Source: Polyangiaceae bacterium (lineage in GTDB: Bacteria > Myxococcota_A > Polyangia > Polyangiales > Polyangiaceae). Taken from it: a stretch of DNA of 64,000 nucleotides. The notes below the pieces were generated by a model. That model made no database searches, had not been told where the DNA came from, and saw nothing but the letters and a program-made list of their open reading frames with translations. This document shows, in pieces, positions 58,043 to 64,000 of this stretch. The translations under genes were made by a program, and so were the position numbers. The stretch spans positions 2,336,001-2,400,000 of the forward strand of contig CBDCTZ010000016.1 of assembly GCA_965222375.1 (NCBI GenBank). The letters run 5' to 3'. The stretch's first letter is position 1. Each line of letters opens with the position of its first letter.

Positions 58043-61000
58043 ATGTCAGAACGAGGGCAATTCAAGTACCCCGGCACGCGCGCAGCGATGGACGGCAACA
58101 CCGCGGTCATCATGTGTGAGCGGGAGTCGACAGATGCCGCCGGCGCCTACCCCATCACGCCCTCGACTCAGATGGGCGAGTACTGGGCCGAGGAGACGGC
58201 CCGGGGTCATCTGAACGTCTCCAATCGGCCACTGATCTTCGTGGAACCCGAGGGTGAACACGCCGCCGCGGGCGTCACCGCGGGCATGGCCATGTCCGGT
58301 CTGCGGGCGGCCAACTTCTCGTCGGGCCAGGGCATTGCGTACATGCACGAGTCCCTCTACGCGGCGGTCGGCAAACGCTTGACCTACGTGCTGAACATCG
58401 GCGCGCGGGCCATGACCAAGGCCAACCTGAACGTGCACGCCGGCCACGACGACTATCACTGCGTCGACGACACCGGTTTCTTCCAGCTGTTCGCCAAGAA
58501 CGCTCAGCACGCGGCAGACCTCAACATCATCGCGCACCGGATCGCCGAGCTGGCCCTGACCCCGGCGGTGATCGCTCAGGACGGGTTTCTGACCACGCAC
58601 CTGATCGAATCGCTTCAGGTGCCGGAGCGGGAGCTGATCGCGGAGTACCTGGGTCGTCCCGACGACATCATCGACACGCCCACCGCGGCGCAGCGGATGA
58701 TCTATGGCGACAAGCGCCGTCGGATCCCGGTGCTCTGGGACGTGGACAACCCCGTGATGGCGGGTTTGGTGCAAAACCAGGACGCCTACATGCAATCCGT
58801 GGCGGCGCAGCGGCCGTTCTTTTTCGATCACGTCGGCACCCTCGCGGATCAGGCCTTCGACGAGTTCTACAAGCTCACCGGGCGGCGGTACTCCAAGGTG
58901 ATGCCGTACCGCTGCGATGATGCCGACTACCTGATCCTCTCCCAGGGCTCGGTCATCCCCAGCGCCGAGGCGGTTACGGACTACCTACGAGACACACGCA
59001 AGCTCAAGGTGGGCGTGGTCGATCTGTTGATGTTTCGGCCGTTCCCGGCGGCCGAGCTCGCCCAGCTGGTGCGCGGACGCAAGGGCGTTGTGGTGCTGGA
59101 GCGGTTGGACCAGCCCCTCGCTGTGGATCTGCCGGTGGTGCGCGAGCTGCGCGCGGCCTTGGCCAAGTGCCTGGAGAACGGGCGCGACCCGAGGCAGCCC
59201 CAGCACCCCGACTTGCCGACCTACGCCAAGCTGACGGACGCGCCACCCATCTACTCGGGCAGCTTCGGCATGGGCAGCCGCGATCTACAACCCGAGGGGC
59301 TGATCGGCGCCATCGAGAACATGCTGCCGGACGGGCCGAAGAAGCGCTTCTTCTACACGTCCATCGACTTCGTGCACAAGAAGCCCGAGTCGCCCAAACT
59401 GCGGCTGCACCAGGACACCATTCTCCAGGGCTACCCGGGCGTGAAGGACCTGGCCGTGCGCGGTTCGGAGAATCCGAACCTGATGCCGAAGGACAGCGTG
59501 ACCGTGCGCTTCCACTCGGTGGGTGGCTGGGGCGCCATCACCACCGGCAAGAACCTGGCGATGACGCTGTTCGACCTGCTGGGCTTTCACATCAAGGCGA
59601 ACCCGAAGTACGGGTCGGAAAAGAAAGGCCAGCCGACCACCTACTACCTGTCCGCGGCACCGGAGCCGATCCGCATCAACTGCGAATACTTCTACGTGGA
59701 CGTGGTTCTGTCGCCGGATCCCAACGTGTTCAAGCACACGAACGCACTGGCCGGGCTGCGCGAGGGCGGCACCTTCATCATCGAGAGCGATGGCCGGTCG
59801 CCCGAGGAAGTGTGGGCGTACATCCCGCCCATGTATCAGAAGGTCATCATCGAAAAGAAGATCGAGGTCTACGCGTTGGACGGTTTCAACATCGCCCGGG
59901 CCGAGGCTAGCGACGCCGATCTGCAGCTGCGCATGCAGGGCAACGTCTTCCAGGGCGCGTTTTTCGCCGCCTCGCCGGTGGCCGAGAAGGCGGGCCTGAG
60001 CGAGACGCAGCTGCTCGAGGCAATTCAGGCTCAGATGCAGTCCAAGTTCGGCAGCAAAGGCCAGCGCGTGGTGGACGACAACATGCGCGTGGTGCGGCGC
60101 GGCTGGGACGAGGTGCGCAAGGTCCCGACCCAGGCGGTCACAGAGCAACAACAGGGGATGCGCTTACTCGGGCCGCCCCTGCCGCCGATGCTCAAGCGCC
60201 TGCCGCAGAGCGAGGCACCCATGACCGACATCCATCGGTTCTGGGAGCAGACTGGCGCGTTCTATGCGGCGGGTCGTGGTGACGACCAGCTGACGGATCC
60301 CTTCATCGGTCTGGGCGTAATGCCGGCGGTGAGCTCGGTGTTCCGTGACATGACTGGCATCCGCTTCGACCACCCGGAGTTCATCCCGGAAAACTGCACA
60401 GCTTGCGGTGATTGTTACACCGTGTGCCCAGACACGGCCATTCCCGGCCTCGTCAGCGAAGTGCGCTCGGTTTTCGACACTGCCATCAAGCGGCTCCGAA
60501 AACGGGGCAAGACCCTGGAGCACGCACCGAGGGCTTCCCGCAGTGCTGAGCAGATCCTCAAGGGATTGCTCGCCGATTCGGGCAAGGACGCCAACGTCGA
60601 CGGGCTGATCGACATGGCCTTCGAGCAGGCGGTCAATCAGGCCGACCTGGACGCGGCAGGCAAGAAGCAGCTGGAGAGCGAGTTTGCGCTGGTGCGCGAA
60701 GAGCTCGACGGCTTTCAGATGGCCATCACCCGGCCGCACTACACGTTGCTGGAGAAGAAGGCCAAAGGCTCAGGCGGCTTGTTCAGTATCACGATCAACC
60801 CTTACACCTGCAAGGGCTGCATGGAGTGCGTCACCGTGTGCAACGACGATGCGCTGCGCGCCGTGAGTCAAACCGAGGAGTCGATCGCCAAGTTGCGCAA
60901 GACCTGGGACTTCTGGCTGGACATGCCGACCACGCCGGAGCGTTTCATCAAGATCGCGAACCTCGAGGAGGGCATCGGGACCTTATCTGCGCTGCTGCTG

Positions 61001-62959
61001 AACAAGGCCCACTACATGGCCTTGAACTCCGGCGACGGCGCCTGTCTCGGCTGCTCGGAGAAGACGGTGCTGCATCTTTTCACTGCGACGGTCGAGGCGC
61101 TGATGCAGAAGCGTGTCGCCGCGCACCTCGAGAAGATCGAGGGCCTGATCGAGGGGCTCAAGAAACATGTGCAGGCGCGACTGGTTGGCAAGATGGACAT
61201 CAGTGATCCGACGACCCTCTCCGACGCGCTGGCCAAGCGCGCCGGCGAGGATATTACGCTGGCATCGATCGCCGACCAGATGGAGCAGGCCGCCGAGGGC
61301 GAGCCCATTGACCGCGAATGGCTGCAGGAGATCTCCCAGCTGATCGACAGGCTGCAGCAGTTGAAGTGGCGCTACACCAAGGGCACCACGGGTCGCGGTC
61401 GGGCGGCGTTGGGAATGATCAACTCCACGGGTTGCACGTCCGTCTGGGGCAGCACCTACCCCTTCAACCCCTATCCTTATCCCTGGGCGAACCACCTGTT
61501 TCAGGACACGCCGTCCATCTGCATCGGCGTGTTCGAAGGGCATATGTCCAAGATGGCCGAAGGCTTCAAAGCGATCCGGCGCGCGGAGTTGGAGCTGTCC
61601 GAGGAGTACGATCCCAAGACGCACGACGAGTTCCTGACCTACTTCGACTGGCGGGACTTCAGCGACGAAGAGTGGGAGCTGTGCCCGCCGGTGGTGGGCG
61701 TGGGTGGTGACGGGGCGATGTACGACATCGGCTTCCAGAATCTGTCGCGGCTGATGATGTCCGGCAAGCCCATCAAGACCGTGGTCGTGGACACGCAGGT
61801 GTACTCGAACACCGGCGGCCAGGCCTGCACGTCGGGCTGGACCGGTCAAGTCAGCGACATGGCGCAGTACGGCAAGGCGTACAAGGGCAAGGAGGAGATC
61901 CGCAAGGAGATCGGGCTCATCGGAATGGCGCATCGCACCACATGGGTGATGCAGGGGGCCATCTCCAATGCCAACCACCTGATCGAGGGGTTTATCCACG
62001 GTCTGAAGTCGCGGCGGCCAGCGCTGTTCAACATCTACACCTCCTGCCAGCCGGAGCACGGCATCGGCGACGACATGGGCTACGATCAGGCCAAGCTTGC
62101 GGTGGAGTCGCGGGCGTACCCGCTGTTCACCTACGACCCGGACAAAGGGCTGACGCCGCAGGAGTGCTTCGACCTCGAGGGCAACCCCGAGCCCGAGGCC
62201 GACTTTCCGAGTTACACGCTGAAGTATCGGGACGCACGGGGCGAGCGGGAGATGGAGCTGCCCTTCACTTTCGCCGACTTCGCGATGACCGAGGCGCGGT
62301 TTAGAAAACACTTCCGCAAGGCGCCTCAGGACACGTGGAACGACGACATGGTGCCGTTGCACGAATTCCTGCACCTGTCGGCGGAGGAGCGCGAGGGCAA
62401 GTACCCGTTCATCTGGATGGTGGACGACAAGCAACGGCTGGGGCGGCTGTTGGTGGCCGACCCGATAGTGCAGGCTACCGAGGACCGTCGGGCGTTCTGG
62501 ATCATGCTGAAGGCGATGAGCGAGGTGGCCGAGCCCGTTGCCGTCGAAACGGACGCGGACCAGGTGCGTGCGGAGACCGTGAACAAGATCGCGCAGGGGC
62601 TATTGCAGCTGGCCGGTGGCAGCGCGAGCGATGCGGCTGCAGGCCTGTCGGCGCTGGTCGGCGGCGACGCGGCCGCAGCGGCGTCGGGCAACGGAAAGGG
62701 CGGCGCTAGCGCCATGGAGCCCTGGATCGACAGTCCCGAGTGCACCGCGTGTGACGAGTGCATCAAGATAAACAAGAAGGCCTTCAAGTACAACAACGAG
62801 AAGAAGGCCGAGCTGGTGGATCCAAGCGCTGCCACCTACGCGCAGCTGGTCAAGGCGGCGGAGCTGTGCCCGGCACAGGTCATTCACCCGGGGCTACCGC
62901 CGGACCCGGACGCCCCGGGCATGGACAAGCTCATCGCGCGGGCCTCGAGCTTCAACTGA
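58043..62959 (+). CDS. Pyruvate/2-oxoacid:ferredoxin oxidoreductase, single chain with extra C-terminal ferredoxin
   Basis: AYPITPST, EHAAA, GACLGC, GGDGAMYDIG, DTQVYSNTGGQ, CTACDEC at the C-terminus. Confidence 0.93.
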   Translation: MSERGQFKYPGTRAAMDGNTAVIMCERESTDAAGAYPITPSTQMGEYWAEETARGHLNVSNRPLIFVEPEGEHAAAGVTAGMAMSGLRAANFSSGQGIAYMHESLYAAVGKRLTYVLNIGARAMTKANLNVHAGHDDYHCVDDTGFFQLFAKNAQHAADLNIIAHRIAELALTPAVIAQDGFLTTHLIESLQVPERELIAEYLGRPDDIIDTPTAAQRMIYGDKRRRIPVLWDVDNPVMAGLVQNQDAYMQSVAAQRPFFFDHVGTLADQAFDEFYKLTGRRYSKVMPYRCDDADYLILSQGSVIPSAEAVTDYLRDTRKLKVGVVDLLMFRPFPAAELAQLVRGRKGVVVLERLDQPLAVDLPVVRELRAALAKCLENGRDPRQPQHPDLPTYAKLTDAPPIYSGSFGMGSRDLQPEGLIGAIENMLPDGPKKRFFYTSIDFVHKKPESPKLRLHQDTILQGYPGVKDLAVRGSENPNLMPKDSVTVRFHSVGGWGAITTGKNLAMTLFDLLGFHIKANPKYGSEKKGQPTTYYLSAAPEPIRINCEYFYVDVVLSPDPNVFKHTNALAGLREGGTFIIESDGRSPEEVWAYIPPMYQKVIIEKKIEVYALDGFNIARAEASDADLQLRMQGNVFQGAFFAASPVAEKAGLSETQLLEAIQAQMQSKFGSKGQRVVDDNMRVVRRGWDEVRKVPTQAVTEQQQGMRLLGPPLPPMLKRLPQSEAPMTDIHRFWEQTGAFYAAGRGDDQLTDPFIGLGVMPAVSSVFRDMTGIRFDHPEFIPENCTACGDCYTVCPDTAIPGLVSEVRSVFDTAIKRLRKRGKTLEHAPRASRSAEQILKGLLADSGKDANVDGLIDMAFEQAVNQADLDAAGKKQLESEFALVREELDGFQMAITRPHYTLLEKKAKGSGGLFSITINPYTCKGCMECVTVCNDDALRAVSQTEESIAKLRKTWDFWLDMPTTPERFIKIANLEEGIGTLSALLLNKAHYMALNSGDGACLGCSEKTVLHLFTATVEALMQKRVAAHLEKIEGLIEGLKKHVQARLVGKMDISDPTTLSDALAKRAGEDITLASIADQMEQAAEGEPIDREWLQEISQLIDRLQQLKWRYTKGTTGRGRAALGMINSTGCTSVWGSTYPFNPYPYPWANHLFQDTPSICIGVFEGHMSKMAEGFKAIRRAELELSEEYDPKTHDEFLTYFDWRDFSDEEWELCPPVVGVGGDGAMYDIGFQNLSRLMMSGKPIKTVVVDTQVYSNTGGQACTSGWTGQVSDMAQYGKAYKGKEEIRKEIGLIGMAHRTTWVMQGAISNANHLIEGFIHGLKSRRPALFNIYTSCQPEHGIGDDMGYDQAKLAVESRAYPLFTYDPDKGLTPQECFDLEGNPEPEADFPSYTLKYRDARGEREMELPFTFADFAMTEARFRKHFRKAPQDTWNDDMVPLHEFLHLSAEEREGKYPFIWMVDDKQRLGRLLVADPIVQATEDRRAFWIMLKAMSEVAEPVAVETDADQVRAETVNKIAQGLLQLAGGSASDAAAGLSALVGGDAAAAASGNGKGGASAMEPWIDSPECTACDECIKINKKAFKYNNEKKAELVDPSAATYAQLVKAAELCPAQVIHPGLPPDPDAPGMDKLIARASSFN

Positions 62960-64000
62960 TGAACCTGTTGGCGCGCCTCTTCGGCGCGGACAAGAGCTTT
63001 CGGCACGGGATCCACCCAGCCGAGGCCAAGGATGCCACCAAGGATCTGGCCATCCGGCAATTCCCGTTTGCGCCGCTCCTGGCCGTGCCGCTGTCCCAGC
63101 ACATCGGCAAGCCCGCTGTGGCTTGCGTGCGGGAGGGTGAGGAGGTGGTCCGGGGTCAGCCCATCGGGGAGGCCGATGGGTGGATGTCGGTAAACATGCA
63201 CGCGCCGGTGTCGGGGGTCGTGCGCAGCCTCGCGCTGATGCCCAACGTGCAGGGCAAGATGGTGCCCGGCGTTTACATCGAGCCGTTTCCCGGTTCCACC
63301 CAGGAGGTGGCAGTGGGGCCCGGCTGCGATTGGAAGACGGCCTCGCCCGGGGAGATCCTCTCGGCCGTGCAGTCAGCCGGGATCGTGGGCCTGGGGGGCG
63401 CAGGCTTTCCCACCCACGCCAAGCTCAAGGTGCCCGACGAAAAGAAGATCGACACGCTGATCCTCAATGGCGCGGAGTGCGAGCCGTGGCTGACGACGGA
63501 TCACCGGGTCATGCTCGAGCAGCAGGAGGACATGTTCGAGGGGATCCGGTACTGCTTGAAGGTCACCGGTGCCGAGCGCTGCATCATCGGCGTGGAGGCC
63601 AACAAGACCGACGCGGCGGAATCCCTGCGCAAGGCGCTCGAGGCCCCCGACTACTCGGATCTCCCAGTGGAGGTCGAGGTCGTGGAGGTGAAATACCCCC
63701 AGGGCGCCGAGAAGATGCTGATCAAGTCGCTGCTTGGTCGGGAGGTTCCAGCCCGCGGTCTACCGATGGAGGTCGGGGTGGTGGTGATCAACGTGGCCAC
63801 CACCGCGGAGATCGGAGCTCTGCTGCCCTGGGGGCGCGGGATCCAAGAGCGGGTCATCACCATCTCGGGTCCGGGGGTGGTGGACAAGGGCAACTACCGC
63901 ATTCCCATCGGGACCACTTTGCGGTTCGTACTCGAAAACGTCGGCACCACCGACGACATCACGCGCGTGTTCATGGGCGGTCCGATGATGGGCAACGCTG
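62959..64000 (+). CDS. rnfC: Rnf complex subunit C (runs off the window)
   Basis: GIHP, PLSQHIG.PA, HAPVSG, GIVGLGGAGFPTH, NGAECEP, KYPQGAEK, MGGPMMG. Confidence 0.93.
   Translation, partial: MNLLARLFGADKSFRHGIHPAEAKDATKDLAIRQFPFAPLLAVPLSQHIGKPAVACVREGEEVVRGQPIGEADGWMSVNMHAPVSGVVRSLALMPNVQGKMVPGVYIEPFPGSTQEVAVGPGCDWKTASPGEILSAVQSAGIVGLGGAGFPTHAKLKVPDEKKIDTLILNGAECEPWLTTDHRVMLEQQEDMFEGIRYCLKVTGAERCIIGVEANKTDAAESLRKALEAPDYSDLPVEVEVVEVKYPQGAEKMLIKSLLGREVPARGLPMEVGVVVINVATTAEIGALLPWGRGIQERVITISGPGVVDKGNYRIPIGTTLRFVLENVGTTDDITRVFMGGPMMGNA

Noticed and set aside
3068..62434. Long antisense ORFs (e.g. 3068-4450, 60983-62434, the Pro-rich part of 15631-17115)
   Set aside because: Shadow frames of GC-rich genes on the opposite strand.

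Overview
GC-rich window, probably Myxococcota (Polyangiaceae-like Gly/Cys-rich lipoproteins). (1) 0.7-12.2 kb: a translation/RNA-stress island with 16 tRNA genes, many non-canonical, and three RNAs containing circularly permuted tRNA cloverleafs inside a closing stem (Y RNA-like). It also has an HNH nuclease, an operon encoding a Ro60/TROVE-like vWA protein plus a ubiquitin-like conjugation set (putative E2-like protein, JAB, Ubl, E1), a nucleotidyltransferase TA pair and an SPFH/slipin gene. This RNA + Ro-like + Ubl module is the best candidate for a novel system. (2) 12-56 kb: an accessory region punctuated by deleted copies of the slipin locus and two dispersed DNA motifs. It carries hipBA, an AbiE/MenAT-like pair, a TPR-NTPase + MBL hydrolase pair, lipoproteins and many gene fragments. 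It also has an IS91-like transposase split by a 2.6-kb serine-recombinase element, whose first gene would gain its RBS and ATG only after circularisation. (3) 53-64 kb: cstA and an FNR-rnfB-PFOR-rnfC operon running off the end. All calls are from manual reading; no searches were run.
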